Program-made: the position numbers and the translations under genes
Notes under the pieces: model-generated
Databases searched by the model: none
What the model saw: the letters and a program-made list of their open reading frames with translations, nothing else
What the model was told of the DNA's origin: nothing
Origin: a virus
Direction: 5' to 3' (one strand)
IMG/VR virus record: IMGVR_UViG_3300045988_148989
DNA length: 54,701 nt
In this document: piece by piece, positions 1 to 9,385 of the stretch
How positions within the stretch are numbered: the stretch's first letter is position 1
How the letters are laid out: each line of letters opens with the position of its first letter

Positions 1-119
1 ACTTTTTTTTGCATAAAAAAGACACTCTATTGAGTGTCTAATTCTCCCACTTCTATATTACTATAATTACAAGGAATGTTATTTATATCACCTTTATAGA
101 ATATCAGTATATTTTGATG
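1..119. repeat. Terminal direct repeat, identical to 54583..54701. The window wraps around a circular or terminally redundant unit of about 54,582 bp.
   Basis: Direct comparison of the first and last 119 nt shows identity. Confidence 0.9.
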
Positions 120-1322
120 TGCCTTTGCTACTTTCCTTTTTTTGAATACATATCTTGCTCTTAATGGTATTGTTCCTAACTGTTCTAGCAATATGATTTC
201 ATTATATGTCATGAATCCATTTTTGTTGAAGCATTCTTTAGTGTAATCAATAAAGTTTCTGTAATATCCTTTCTTGTCTCTTACATCACCAACAACGAAA
301 ATTGCGAAACGATCATTCTTTACTTTTTTGCAAGAAATATCAATTATCTTTCTATACACTTCTTTAAACTGCTCATAATCCATGTTTGATATGTCTCTTT
401 CATCATCGCTATATACTTCTAAATCTGCGTAAGGTGGACAACTGAATAACAAATCAACACTATCATCTTCAACGTATAAATCAGCGTTTAAACTATCGTC
501 ACATATCCATGTTGGATTCAATCCCATCTCTTGAGCATTTAATATATTCGCTTCAATTTGTTCTTTTCTCAAGTCTATTCCTGTGTATTTATATCCTAGT
601 TTTTCTGCAACTATACCTCTTACGCTACCACCTGCAAAGCAATCAAATATACTGCCTTCATGCACATTAAACCATTTATACATAACTTCACATAAAACAG
701 GGTCAAATATGCTTGTTCCTGTTAAAGTCTTTGAACCTTGCTTTTCTGCTAGTTGCTTCAAGCCTTGACCTAATAACGCTTCATCTCGTCCAACATCACT
801 AGAAATACCAAGACTTTTCCACGCTCTCTTTCTGTCTTGCCAATACCCTTGTCTTGTATCAAATACGCTTATTGGTGGTATTAGAAATTCATCTGTTAAC
901 TTCTTGCTTGCTTCTTCCTTAATTTCTTCTTCATCTTCATTTAAAAATGACATGTCAAAATCAAATTCCAACATGTCAATATCTTGTATGTTCATTAATT
1001 CTTGCTCCAATAGATTAAAATCATAATCACTGTTCATTGTTAACTTATTATGTATGAGCCTATAGGCTTTCTTCTGCTCCTCATTCAAATGAGATAGCCT
1101 AATACATTCAACCTGTTCATACCCTAATTGTTTCAATGCTTCATGTCTTCCATGCCCTTCAATGATTACATTGTTTTCATCAATTGCTATTGGATCGTTG
1201 TTATTAAATTCAATTATAGATTTCTTAATCTGCTCAATCTGTTCTTTTGGGTGTTCCTTTGCGTTATTTTCATATGGTATTAAATCATCAATATTCAATA
1301 CTTCTATTTCCAATAAAAACAC
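27..1322 (-). CDS. ParB-like nuclease N-terminal domain fused to a DNA methyltransferase (N6A/N4C type, SPPY motif).
   Basis: 431 aa. The N-terminus shows ParB-N/Srx-like features (IPYENNAKEHP, GHGRHEA). The C-terminal half carries MTase motif I (DCFAGGSVRG) and motif IV (SCPPY). Confidence 0.75.
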   Translation of the reverse strand: MFLLEIEVLNIDDLIPYENNAKEHPKEQIEQIKKSIIEFNNNDPIAIDENNVIIEGHGRHEALKQLGYEQVECIRLSHLNEEQKKAYRLIHNKLTMNSDYDFNLLEQELMNIQDIDMLEFDFDMSFLNEDEEEIKEEASKKLTDEFLIPPISVFDTRQGYWQDRKRAWKSLGISSDVGRDEALLGQGLKQLAEKQGSKTLTGTSIFDPVLCEVMYKWFNVHEGSIFDCFAGGSVRGIVAEKLGYKYTGIDLRKEQIEANILNAQEMGLNPTWICDDSLNADLYVEDDSVDLLFSCPPYADLEVYSDDERDISNMDYEQFKEVYRKIIDISCKKVKNDRFAIFVVGDVRDKKGYYRNFIDYTKECFNKNGFMTYNEIILLEQLGTIPLRARYVFKKRKVAKAHQNILIFYKGDINNIPCNYSNIEVGELDTQ

Positions 1323-1331
1323 TCCTATTAT

Positions 1332-1505
1332 TTATTTTTTGTTCATGAATTTCAAATAATCATGTACCTCTGTTCTTAGTTGAAACATGTATTTCATTAA
1401 ATCGTTCTTTCTATAACTTGACTTTGTTTCTTTTAATTGCTTTTCAACTTCTCTTATTTCTTCATAATAATCATCAATCGTTTTTAGGTTGTCTATTCCT
1501 TTCAT
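1332..1505 (-). CDS. Small hypothetical protein (57 aa), below the ORF-track cutoff.
   Basis: Manual translation gives MKGIDNLKTIDDYYEEIREVEKQ...FMNKK. A GAGGTGA RBS precedes the ATG, and the ORF fills the 1322-1554 gap. Confidence 0.35.
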   Translation of the reverse strand: MKGIDNLKTIDDYYEEIREVEKQLKETKSSYRKNDLMKYMFQLRTEVHDYLKFMNKK

Positions 1506-1538
1506 AATGTCACCTCATGTTAATTTTATAACATATAA

Positions 1539-1552
1539 TTTACTATTTGAAT
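1539..1552 (+). promoter_or_regulatory. Dispersed motif copy 1 (tttactatttgaat).
   Basis: Exact core ACTATTTGAA, about 35 bp upstream (minus sense) of the small ORF start. On the minus strand TTCAAA-N17-TAAAAT is present. Confidence 0.5.
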
Positions 1553-1553
1553 A

Positions 1554-1868
1554 CTAAAAATCAAATATACTCATTTGCTTCATTTTTGTTTGTGATTTTT
1601 CAATATCATTTGATTTATTTAAATCATTTACATATAGCGCTATAAGTTCATCATACTTATTAAGCCAAATAGTATCGTATAATTTATTGTTTATTGTGTA
1701 TATAAAGCCCTTGTGTTCTTCTATAAAATCTAATGTTTCATAAAATGCACATGTTCCATATGATTTTATCATCATATATTTAGCGTTCTTTTGAGATTTC
1801 TTAACATATCTATCCGCTAATTCAACCTCTATTATTCTATTAGGATCGCTTATTGATATGGCTATCAT
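1554..1868 (-). CDS. Hypothetical protein.
   Basis: 104-aa ORF in the minus-strand operon. Confidence 0.5.
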   Translation of the reverse strand: MIAISISDPNRIIEVELADRYVKKSQKNAKYMMIKSYGTCAFYETLDFIEEHKGFIYTINNKLYDTIWLNKYDELIALYVNDLNKSNDIEKSQTKMKQMSIFDF

Positions 1869-2164
1869 GATTTAGAATACTCCTTATATTCTTCTTCTGC
1901 TTTCTTTCTCCTTTTGGTTGTTTCTGTTGGTTTTAATTCGGGGTGCGTTTCAAAAATCTTTCTTCTTGCTCGTGTTACTGAACCAAATGAAGGAAAGCCA
2001 TATTTCTTATGATTTAACATCACCTCACTAAATCTATCAATTGTTGCAACATTAAAGTTAATTTCTCTATATACTGCATAAACCAATACAAAATCATCAC
2101 TTCTTGTTTGTTCATATTTTTGTAAGACTTTTAAAACAATATCTTCTGTTCTTTCTAGTTCCAT
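1865..2164 (-). CDS. Hypothetical protein with a basic C-terminus.
   Basis: 99-aa ORF whose start overlaps the neighbouring stop. Confidence 0.5.
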   Translation of the reverse strand: MELERTEDIVLKVLQKYEQTRSDDFVLVYAVYREINFNVATIDRFSEVMLNHKKYGFPSFGSVTRARRKIFETHPELKPTETTKRRKKAEEEYKEYSKS

Positions 2165-2180
2165 ATATGTATATTCCTTT

Positions 2181-3548
2181 CTAATAGTCTAATTGTTTCA
2201 ACAATTGTATAAGTTCTTCTTTATCTTTTTTGTATTCCTCAATGCTCTTGCCTGTCAAATCTTTATATTTGTTTGAAGTTTGTTCTGCTAAATCTGTCTG
2301 ACCGCATTTAACTTGTACATCATAGATTTTGATAAGTTCATTTGTTGAAAATTCGGGTTTACTTTCATCTTCGTTTTTTTCTTTATCAAGCCATTTTGGA
2401 GTTGGTTCTTTTCTAACATTGTTAGGTTTTGGCTTATCCTGTTCTCTTGATAACCAATTGTTTATAAATCGTTTAATACCTCTTTTAGTTTTTCTTTTTG
2501 TAGGATTTGCATTTAACCACCCTTTCATCTTCCTTAATTCTTGCATGATATCAACATTGGGATATAATTCTTCATATTCATTAAAATCATTTTGAGTAAC
2601 ATCATATAAAGTTTTATCATTCAAAGTTAATTGAATAATTGATGGTTCAATACGATTTTCTAAATCGTTTTGAACAATAATATCTTTTTCTTTATTCTTT
2701 TCTTTATTCTCTATATCTCTATACTCTATACTCTTATCTCTATACTCTTGTGTTACATCACCTATTACATTATTGTTACGGTGTAACGTTTCGTTACTAT
2801 CAATGTAATAATCAATCGAGTTTAATATATCTTCATCTATCTTTTTTCCTGCGTGAATATTACTATGACAACCCCTACATAAGGTTATCATTTTATTAGT
2901 TTCATTATTTTGTGGCTTATTTTCATCATACCCATCTATATGATGAACACATAAGTTTTCTATGCTTCCACATATTGCACATTTATATTTATCTCTTTGG
3001 ATAACAACATAATAATTTCCGTTGTATCTTTTGTTATTAATATAATCTTCAATATATGGAATGTGTTGTTTTTGCTCACAATTCTTTTTTGCTCTATGTT
3101 GTTTTTGTCTAATAGCATTGCTTTTTGGTGCTTTCTTTACTTCTTGAACATTGTTATTTTCTAATAATTCTTGTTTCTTTCTCCACTCCCTAATTCTCTT
3201 TGCTCCCGATGTTTCACTGCCTACCATTTCACTAAAGTTAGCGATTGTTAAGCATGAATTTTTATCTTCATAGATTAACCCTAGTTTCTTATACAACTCT
3301 AGCGCTACAACAACAGTGTCATAATCAAAATACTTTGTATCTCTTACAATCTTATCAATGTCATAAGGTACGATCATTTCACCTATTCTTTTTTCTAAAG
3401 TGCCGTTTGTGTTTGCAGTATTTAAACATAACATCTGATACAACACCACATATTCACAACCATTCTTTTGAGATAATAGAAAATCAATTTCATCTAAACT
3501 AAAGAAATTAGTTTTCAATTTTATCCAATAAAATCTCTTTTCGCTCAT
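2181..3548 (-). CDS. Phage replisome organizer / replication initiation protein with an in-frame HNH endonuclease insertion.
   Basis: The N-terminus MSEKRFYWIKLKTNFF is typical of Phage_rep_org_N. The central HNH motif is CAICGS...CVHHIDG...N...LCRGCHSNIH. Confidence 0.6.
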   Translation of the reverse strand: MSEKRFYWIKLKTNFFSLDEIDFLLSQKNGCEYVVLYQMLCLNTANTNGTLEKRIGEMIVPYDIDKIVRDTKYFDYDTVVVALELYKKLGLIYEDKNSCLTIANFSEMVGSETSGAKRIREWRKKQELLENNNVQEVKKAPKSNAIRQKQHRAKKNCEQKQHIPYIEDYINNKRYNGNYYVVIQRDKYKCAICGSIENLCVHHIDGYDENKPQNNETNKMITLCRGCHSNIHAGKKIDEDILNSIDYYIDSNETLHRNNNVIGDVTQEYRDKSIEYRDIENKEKNKEKDIIVQNDLENRIEPSIIQLTLNDKTLYDVTQNDFNEYEELYPNVDIMQELRKMKGWLNANPTKRKTKRGIKRFINNWLSREQDKPKPNNVRKEPTPKWLDKEKNEDESKPEFSTNELIKIYDVQVKCGQTDLAEQTSNKYKDLTGKSIEEYKKDKEELIQLLKQLDY

Positions 3549-3761
3549 TTATTTCTCCTTTTCATTGTTTGAAACGTATTCTTTAATTGCTTCATCAACG
3601 ATAAACCATAGTAATTTACCACTTTTACGTTTTTCCTTGTCAATTAATTCTTTGGTGCTTTCTTTGATTCTAATGACTGAATATCCTTCCATTTTTTCAC
3701 CTTCTTTTCTATATTTTTCTACTTTAATTATAGTACAATATTATTCTTATTCAAGAATATA

Positions 3762-3775
3762 TTTACTATTTGAAG
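3762..3775 (+). promoter_or_regulatory. Dispersed motif copy 2 (tttactatttgaag).
   Basis: Core ACTATTTGAA, immediately downstream of the rusA stop. Confidence 0.5.
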
Positions 3776-3777
3776 CA

Positions 3778-4140
3778 TTAATAAATTAATGATACTTCTA
3801 TTCTTGGATTGCTCTTGTCTATGTAAACATGATGCTCAATTTCATTTATGTATTTTTGGCTATCATCTTGTAGGATTTCTGTTTTAACAATGCCATCTAG
3901 AATAAACTTTGTGGCAAACGTGATATTGTCTATGTCTCTTCTTCTATTCTTCTCATACCAATCAATCTTTATTTTGATAGGGTGTTTATCAACTTTCTTG
4001 ATTTTAAAGTGTCTAATATAATAAATAACAATAGATTCATTATCTTTCTTCATCTTAGCACCTGCATAAGGGTTTCTTCTATTCTTATTTGTATACTCAT
4101 TCAAGCCACTTAATCTACCATCTATAATAAACCTTTGCAT
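3778..4140 (-). CDS. rusA: RusA-like Holliday junction resolvase.
   Basis: 120 aa carrying the RusA catalytic motif RRDIDNI. Confidence 0.65.
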   Translation of the reverse strand: MQRFIIDGRLSGLNEYTNKNRRNPYAGAKMKKDNESIVIYYIRHFKIKKVDKHPIKIKIDWYEKNRRRDIDNITFATKFILDGIVKTEILQDDSQKYINEIEHHVYIDKSNPRIEVSLIY

Positions 4141-4249
4141 AACATCACTTCTTTCTATGCTTTTTTCTTGAATAAAAAGAGTTTTTTATATTCATGATGA
4201 AATACTCATGTTTATATAAAAACCTCTTAAAATCGAAAATATGAGCGAT

Positions 4250-4540
4250 TTATAAATAATTCTTGTGAAACACTTCCATGAATTTTTCATGACTGTATTT
4301 CTTTTCAAACGCTTCTTGCATCTCTCTCTTTAGCCTTAAATCTAATGCTTTATTGAAATGCACTCCATAATTGCTCATGTTATGATAATCTGCTCTCAAT
4401 GGAACACAACAGCCATATTCAATAGATTTCTTTCTATCTGCATAGCCATAGTATACTTCATGAATATGTATATCTTGTGTGCTTCCTGTTATGTAGCACT
4501 TCTTCATGTTATCGGTTAATAAACTATATCTTTTTTTCAT
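4250..4540 (-). CDS. Hypothetical Cys/His-rich protein (possible zinc-binding, DUF968/HNH-like).
   Basis: 96 aa. The pattern C..HIHEV..G...GCCVPL..YH is conserved. Confidence 0.4.
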   Translation of the reverse strand: MKKRYSLLTDNMKKCYITGSTQDIHIHEVYYGYADRKKSIEYGCCVPLRADYHNMSNYGVHFNKALDLRLKREMQEAFEKKYSHEKFMEVFHKNYL

Positions 4541-4734
4541 TTTTTTTCAAATATTCCTTCATCAACATTTCATGATATTCTCTTTTTGTTTTCTGATATA
4601 GATAAGAGTTAACAAGAGATGCAATCCAAATAAATATCAATAATATAATCAAAATATAATCAATCATTTTTCTACCTCCTAATTCGATAGTATAATAAGC
4701 CATAATATAATCATTATTGTAATGCCCGTGAAAA

Positions 4735-5040
4735 TCATTTTTCTATCCTTTCTATGCTTCTTTTCTGCTTGCTATCAATCCATTCTTTAATTGATGGTTC
4801 ATATGCAAAGCCCATTTTCTTCAATTCCTCAATCACGATCAAGACATCTGCAATTTCCTCATTTAGATGGTTTACTGCTTCAAGTGTTACTCCATATCTA
4901 TAGATTTTTGAAATTGCTTGTGCTAATTCGCTTGCTTCTTCCATTGCAACAACCATCATGTAATCATTGCCATAATGTTCAATAACTTTTTTTAAAATAT
5001 CATCATCAAATACTATTTCATTATCTTTATTCATCTTCAA
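4735..5040 (-). CDS. MazG-like nucleotide pyrophosphohydrolase.
   Basis: 101 aa with EEASELAQAI and EEIADVLIV, the two EExxE-type MazG helices. Confidence 0.65.
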   Translation of the reverse strand: MKMNKDNEIVFDDDILKKVIEHYGNDYMMVVAMEEASELAQAISKIYRYGVTLEAVNHLNEEIADVLIVIEELKKMGFAYEPSIKEWIDSKQKRSIERIEK

Positions 5041-5233
5041 ATATATCCGTCCTTACTATTTTTAAATTTTCGTATTTTCTAGGAGTTATTTTTTTCTTGT
5101 ATCTTTTATATAAGCCGTATACGCTTATTGGTTTAATTCCTAGATAATTACCTATAATATATGCATTTCCTTCTGCTTTTAATTCATCATCAATATATAA
5201 AGCGTAAGTTATCATGTTCTTTTTAATACTCAT
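5027..5233 (-). CDS. Hypothetical small protein.
   Basis: 68-aa ORF with overlapping start and stop. Confidence 0.4.
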   Translation of the reverse strand: MSIKKNMITYALYIDDELKAEGNAYIIGNYLGIKPISVYGLYKRYKKKITPRKYENLKIVRTDIFEDE

Positions 5234-5735
5234 ATATATTACTCTCCATCTTAATATCTAACTCACTGCACCAACTCAAAAGCACGTCTATTAGTTTATT
5301 GCATTCTTCAACATTGAATTTACTTGAGCCTTCAAAGCACTTATAAACAATCATCTTCTTACCTTTGTATATTTCGGGTCTTACAACCTTAACGGCTCTA
5401 AATGATTTTTTTAATTCGTTTTCAATGGTTTCTAATCCCATGACATACTCATATTTAGCGTTTGCTTGTTCCAATGCTGATATATATATATCCATATCAT
5501 CTTGTTGTAATTCTTGTGCTATCTCATGGATAATAGCCCACATATAAGCGTTTTGGTTCAATGAGCGCTTAGACTTTGGTCTTTTGATTTCTAAGGAATA
5601 AAGTCCTTCTTTAAGTTCATCAACTTTCTTCTTATCATAGAAATGTTGAAATGAGAAAGTTATCTCAACATTTCCCATTTCATCATATTCTTTTCTTATG
5701 TAATTACCATTAACTTTTATCATATGTTTCAACAA
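5223..5735 (-). CDS. NinB/Orf-family recombination mediator-like protein.
   Basis: RSLNQNAYMWAIIHEIA parallels lambda NinB RSLDQNRKLWACLGDV. Confidence 0.5.
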   Translation of the reverse strand: MLKHMIKVNGNYIRKEYDEMGNVEITFSFQHFYDKKKVDELKEGLYSLEIKRPKSKRSLNQNAYMWAIIHEIAQELQQDDMDIYISALEQANAKYEYVMGLETIENELKKSFRAVKVVRPEIYKGKKMIVYKCFEGSSKFNVEECNKLIDVLLSWCSELDIKMESNIYEY

Positions 5736-5934
5736 CCCTTAAAAAAATAACAAATAATATAATGCTTGTTGTTCTGCTATATGCAAGATTCAACAAACCA
5801 CTAGCATATTTATAAACCATGTTGATGATGGAATATTCTATGTAATAACAAGTGAACATGAATATTCCAATTACAACATGAAAGATTATTAATTTTAGTA
5901 TATTTTTCATTGAATAATTAACTTTTTGAAGCAT
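5710..5934 (-). CDS. Small predicted membrane protein.
   Basis: 74 aa with two hydrophobic segments (LIIFHVVIGIFMF, IILFVIFLRVV). Confidence 0.35.
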   Translation of the reverse strand: MLQKVNYSMKNILKLIIFHVVIGIFMFTCYYIEYSIINMVYKYASGLLNLAYSRTTSIILFVIFLRVVETYDKS

Positions 5935-6341
5935 TAGAATGCTATATCATCTTCTTGAAGTTCATAAGAGTTGATAGGGTCATTTAAATTATTGTAGTTG
6001 TTATTAATTTGTGGTTGTAGATTATTGCTTGAATTATTTGTGTTAATGAACTCAACTCTATTACATAAGACATTAACAGTTTTTCTATTATGTCCGTCTT
6101 TATCTACATATGATCCTGTTTGTATGCTTCCTTCAACTGCAACTTTAGAACCTTTGCTACAATATTGTGCGGTGTTTTCAGCAATTCTTTCCCAACAAAC
6201 ACAATCAACAAAATCTGCTTCATCATTGTTATATCTATTCAATGCTAAAGTGAAATTAGTTACGGCTTTTCCATTCCCTGTTCTTCTTAGTTCGGGGTCT
6301 CTTGTCATATTCCCCAAAAGAACTACTCTATTTATGCTCAT
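5934..6341 (-). CDS. ssb: Single-stranded DNA-binding protein.
   Basis: An OB-fold N-terminus (MSINRVVLLGNMTRDPELR) and an acidic DDIAF tail. Confidence 0.85.
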   Translation of the reverse strand: MSINRVVLLGNMTRDPELRRTGNGKAVTNFTLALNRYNNDEADFVDCVCWERIAENTAQYCSKGSKVAVEGSIQTGSYVDKDGHNRKTVNVLCNRVEFINTNNSSNNLQPQINNNYNNLNDPINSYELQEDDIAF

Positions 6342-7018
6342 TGCTTATTCTCCTTCAATTTAATTTCAATCATCTTTTCTAACACATTCTTATAATTATA
6401 TCTTTCCGCTTGTGTCATTGTGTTGACATCACTCTTATTATTGTTGAATTTATTAATAAAATGTAATGCCCCTTCACTTTTCACATCTACACCTAGATTA
6501 AATAACTCTTCTACTCTTTTATCAATCTCACCTAATAATGTAGCCTGTTCAATTCCAACTTGCTCATAATCATTAGCATTTTTTGATTGATTGTTATTCA
6601 TTTGCTTTTTTTCTTGATATTCTTGCGTATCAACGTCTTTTGTATCATCAATACAGAATAATCCATTTAAAGCGTATTTTCTAGCGTATGAACTAGTTGC
6701 GCCTGTTACTTGTGCGCTGTCCATACCTTTTTTATTTTCGCTTTCTCTAGCATATGCACATGCATATACTTCTTCTTGTGTATCAATATCAATAAGGCTT
6801 GCTTTTGCTTTAACATAAAAGCGCTCACCAATTTGTGAAACATAATCATCAATCAATACAACTGCACCATATTTTAAACATAACGGCTTGATTGCTTCTA
6901 GAATATCCTCACAACTTCTATAGTTGTATTTTCCAAACTTGTTATATTGGTTCTTTGGCGCTTTCAATTCATTCTGAATAGATAGCAACTTAGAATAAAT
7001 ACTAATTTTCTCCTCCAT
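6338..7018 (-). CDS. ERF-family single-strand annealing protein.
   Basis: LKAPKNQYNKFGKYNYRSCEDILEAIKPL matches the ERF N-terminal core. Confidence 0.7.
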   Translation of the reverse strand: MEEKISIYSKLLSIQNELKAPKNQYNKFGKYNYRSCEDILEAIKPLCLKYGAVVLIDDYVSQIGERFYVKAKASLIDIDTQEEVYACAYARESENKKGMDSAQVTGATSSYARKYALNGLFCIDDTKDVDTQEYQEKKQMNNNQSKNANDYEQVGIEQATLLGEIDKRVEELFNLGVDVKSEGALHFINKFNNNKSDVNTMTQAERYNYKNVLEKMIEIKLKENKQ

Positions 7019-7482
7019 TATTCATTCTCCTTCGCTTCTTCAACTTTTTTCATATTATTTTTTAATTCTTCAATTCCTTTTGCTTTTTCTTCCTCATACA
7101 TTTTATAAAGTCTTTTATTGAAATGAGTTACAAAGTCATTGTAACTAATTGTTTCGGGTAGATTATCCTTAAATACTATATTTTTTAACCATGTTTGATA
7201 TGATGCACATTCAAAAGCATTTTCTGATTCATTATAGTTAATTTTTAACTTATTCCAATCATGAATTCCATAAATGCAATCATCAAATAAATCATTCTCA
7301 CCATTTTTTAATGCGATTTTTTCAACGTTATTAAATGTTGATCTTTTTGAATTTTTGGTAATAAATTCAATTTTCTCTTTCAATGCTTTATTTTCTGCAA
7401 CTAATTCTACATTATCTTTGCATACTACATTATAAGCATCATTAAAATCCAATAGTCCACTGATTAAATATTTAATATCCAT
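7018..7482 (-). CDS. Hypothetical protein, paralog of 7485..7904.
   Basis: Shares segments with its neighbour (NLPETISYNDFVTHF / RIPSSMSFEDFATYF, and an EE(K)AK..ENE C-terminus). Confidence 0.5.
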   Translation of the reverse strand: MDIKYLISGLLDFNDAYNVVCKDNVELVAENKALKEKIEFITKNSKRSTFNNVEKIALKNGENDLFDDCIYGIHDWNKLKINYNESENAFECASYQTWLKNIVFKDNLPETISYNDFVTHFNKRLYKMYEEEKAKGIEELKNNMKKVEEAKENE

Positions 7483-7484
7483 TA

Positions 7485-7904
7485 TTACTCATTCTCCTTT
7501 GCTTCTTTTAATGCTTCTTCTTTTTCTTCCTTATACAGTTCTAATAATTCAGTTTTGAAATATGTTGCAAAATCCTCAAATGACATTGAACTAGGGATTC
7601 TATCACAACAAATCTTTTTTTCTAACCATTTATCATATGATGTAAAGTTATATGTATTTGCTTCTTCATCATAACTACAGTTAACTTTTTGCCATGAACT
7701 AGTTGAATAGTTAAAAATTTCTTTTTTACCTCTTTCAATCATCAATTTATCAATGAATGATACGTTTTTTTCCACACTTATAATTTTAGGAACGGCATTT
7801 TGTAACTTTTCATTTTCCATTTCTAAAACATCAATATAATCATATAAATCTAAAATATCATTTACTAATTCTTGTCTTTTAATCATTTTCTTTTTCTCCT
7901 TCAT
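7485..7904 (-). CDS. Hypothetical protein, paralog of 7018..7482.
   Basis: See above. Confidence 0.5.
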   Translation of the reverse strand: MKEKKKMIKRQELVNDILDLYDYIDVLEMENEKLQNAVPKIISVEKNVSFIDKLMIERGKKEIFNYSTSSWQKVNCSYDEEANTYNFTSYDKWLEKKICCDRIPSSMSFEDFATYFKTELLELYKEEKEEALKEAKENE

Positions 7905-8781
7905 CTAATCCTTTTAATTTTCTATAGAATGGGCAATATTGAGCAACGTTGCAGTACTCTTCACATTTCTTGTTTTCTCCTTCACGCTTTTCAATGTAAT
8001 GCTTATCATCATTTACACCTTTCCACTCCATGTAGTCCTTTGCTTCTTCTTCGCTGTCAACTACTCTTAAGGCTCTCTTATTACCTTTCTTCATTACTGC
8101 GAATTTATTGCCTGTAAACCATCTCTGTTCTTCATTGCATGGCTCTAATTTTTCAGTATCTGTATTTTCTGCTACTGAAATATCAATGAATCTTTCAACA
8201 ATGAATTTTTCAATATCCTCAAAGTCCTTTTCAGTGAATTTAAATTGTACTCTATGGACAGGAAATTGTGGGTAACTACTATCTAATTTTGCTTTAGTTT
8301 TTGAATGATCCTTTAAGAACGCAACTATTTCACCTCTATCACATTCAAACCCAATTTTTCTAAGCAACCAAGCATACATTAATAACTGCTTTCTGTAGTC
8401 TTCCCAATCGTTATAGATTACCTTCCAACATGTAGCAGTTTTATAATCTGTAACAGTTTTAGTTGCTTCATCATATAAATCAAAGATTCCACTTAATTTA
8501 TAGCCGTTGACATCAACAACTAGATAATTCTCTTTTAATTGTGAATCCTCTTCTTGAGCATTCTCTAAAATGCTATGAACTGCACTACCAAAAAGTGCCC
8601 AAATCATATCAGATACATCTTGTTCAATATAATCTGCATATCTTCTTTCAAGAACATTTTGACATGCTCCTTTTAATAAAGCCGTAACGCTATACTGTTT
8701 AGGCTTGTACGTGTATTCTCTTGTCACTGCATCAACAAGAGGTTTAGGTAAATTCATTTTATTTGTAATCTTCATATTCAT
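7879..8781 (-). CDS. PD-(D/E)XK nuclease with a C-terminal Cys cluster (Cas4-like/RecB-like exonuclease), partner of ERF.
   Basis: IFDLYDE...DYK motifs and the C-terminus CEEYCNVAQYC. Confidence 0.6.
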   Translation of the reverse strand: MNMKITNKMNLPKPLVDAVTREYTYKPKQYSVTALLKGACQNVLERRYADYIEQDVSDMIWALFGSAVHSILENAQEEDSQLKENYLVVDVNGYKLSGIFDLYDEATKTVTDYKTATCWKVIYNDWEDYRKQLLMYAWLLRKIGFECDRGEIVAFLKDHSKTKAKLDSSYPQFPVHRVQFKFTEKDFEDIEKFIVERFIDISVAENTDTEKLEPCNEEQRWFTGNKFAVMKKGNKRALRVVDSEEEAKDYMEWKGVNDDKHYIEKREGENKKCEEYCNVAQYCPFYRKLKGLDEGEKEND

Positions 8782-8986
8782 TCTCGCTTTCTACTAAATC
8801 AAATAATCTTAATGTATTTTCTGTTTTGAACGTTCTTTCAAAATTATTCAAAAATTGTTGAGATGGGTTTTTCTTTCCTGTCTCAATCAAACAAAAGAAA
8901 CTTGTTGCAACTCCTAGTCTTTTGGCTACATCTGTTTGAGTTAGTCCTCTTCTCGCTCGCCATGCTTTTAATTTGAGTCTTTTCAT
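8759..8986 (-). CDS. cro: Cro-like XRE-family HTH regulator.
   Basis: 75 aa with the HTH GLTQTDVAKRLGVA. It is divergent from the plus-strand repressor. Confidence 0.7.
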   Translation of the reverse strand: MKRLKLKAWRARRGLTQTDVAKRLGVATSFFCLIETGKKNPSQQFLNNFERTFKTENTLRLFDLVESENEYEDYK

Positions 8987-9008
8987 ATTCTTTCACCCCT
9001 TTTCTTGT

Positions 9009-9021
9009 CTACTATTTGAAG
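9009..9021 (+). promoter_or_regulatory. Dispersed motif copy 3 (ctactatttgaag), 22 bp upstream of cro.
   Basis: Core ACTATTTGAA. Confidence 0.5.
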
Positions 9022-9031
9022 CGTTTGCTAT

Positions 9032-9054
9032 AAAGCATGATTTACTCATGCTTT
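9032..9054. promoter_or_regulatory. Candidate operator palindrome AAAGCATGA-N5-TCATGCTTT in the cI-cro intergenic region.
   Basis: A perfect 9-bp inverted repeat lies about 45 bp upstream of the cro start. Confidence 0.4.
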
Positions 9055-9269
9055 TCAATTATCCTTTTTTGCGATTTTCGATTTTTAAAATCAATTCTTG
9101 TAATTCTTTTATGTGTCGCTTTTCGATTATGATATTTTCTTTTATTAAAAGGTTTTCTAATTCATCAATAGTTTTATGTATTTTTTTCATATAATCGCCT
9201 CTATCTATTTAATATCAAATTGGATAATTGACTCAATTTTCTTAAATTGTAATTATTATTATCTCCTTT

Positions 9270-9282
9270 CTACTATTTGAAG
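9270..9282 (+). promoter_or_regulatory. Dispersed motif copy 4 (ctactatttgaag) in the cI-cro intergenic region.
   Basis: Core ACTATTTGAA. The extended match tCTACTATTTGAAGC is shared with copy 3. Confidence 0.5.
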
Positions 9283-9365
9283 CAATTTCTAACTTCTTAA
9301 GACAATATTATTTTACAATAATTTTAAATGTTTGTAAATAATTAAATTAACCAATAGTATAATAA

Positions 9366-9379
9366 TTTTACTATTTGAA
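9366..9379 (+). promoter_or_regulatory. Dispersed motif copy 5 (tttactatttgaat). It overlaps a plus-strand TTTACT-N17-TATATT candidate cI promoter.
   Basis: Core ACTATTTGAA. Confidence 0.5.
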
Positions 9380-9385
9380 TACACT

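Noticed and set aside
583-1359. Plus-strand ORFs 583..768 and 1162..1359.
   Set aside because: They lie inside or antisense to the ParB-MTase gene, are short and lack translation signals.
2690-2770. Low-complexity ctctatact-type repeats.
   Set aside because: They are in-frame coding for an EYRD/IENK-rich segment of the replisome organizer, not an independent element.
2329-3502. Plus-strand ORFs 2329..2595 and 3245..3502.
   Set aside because: They are antisense to the replisome-organizer gene and are Ser/Leu/Phe-rich artefacts.
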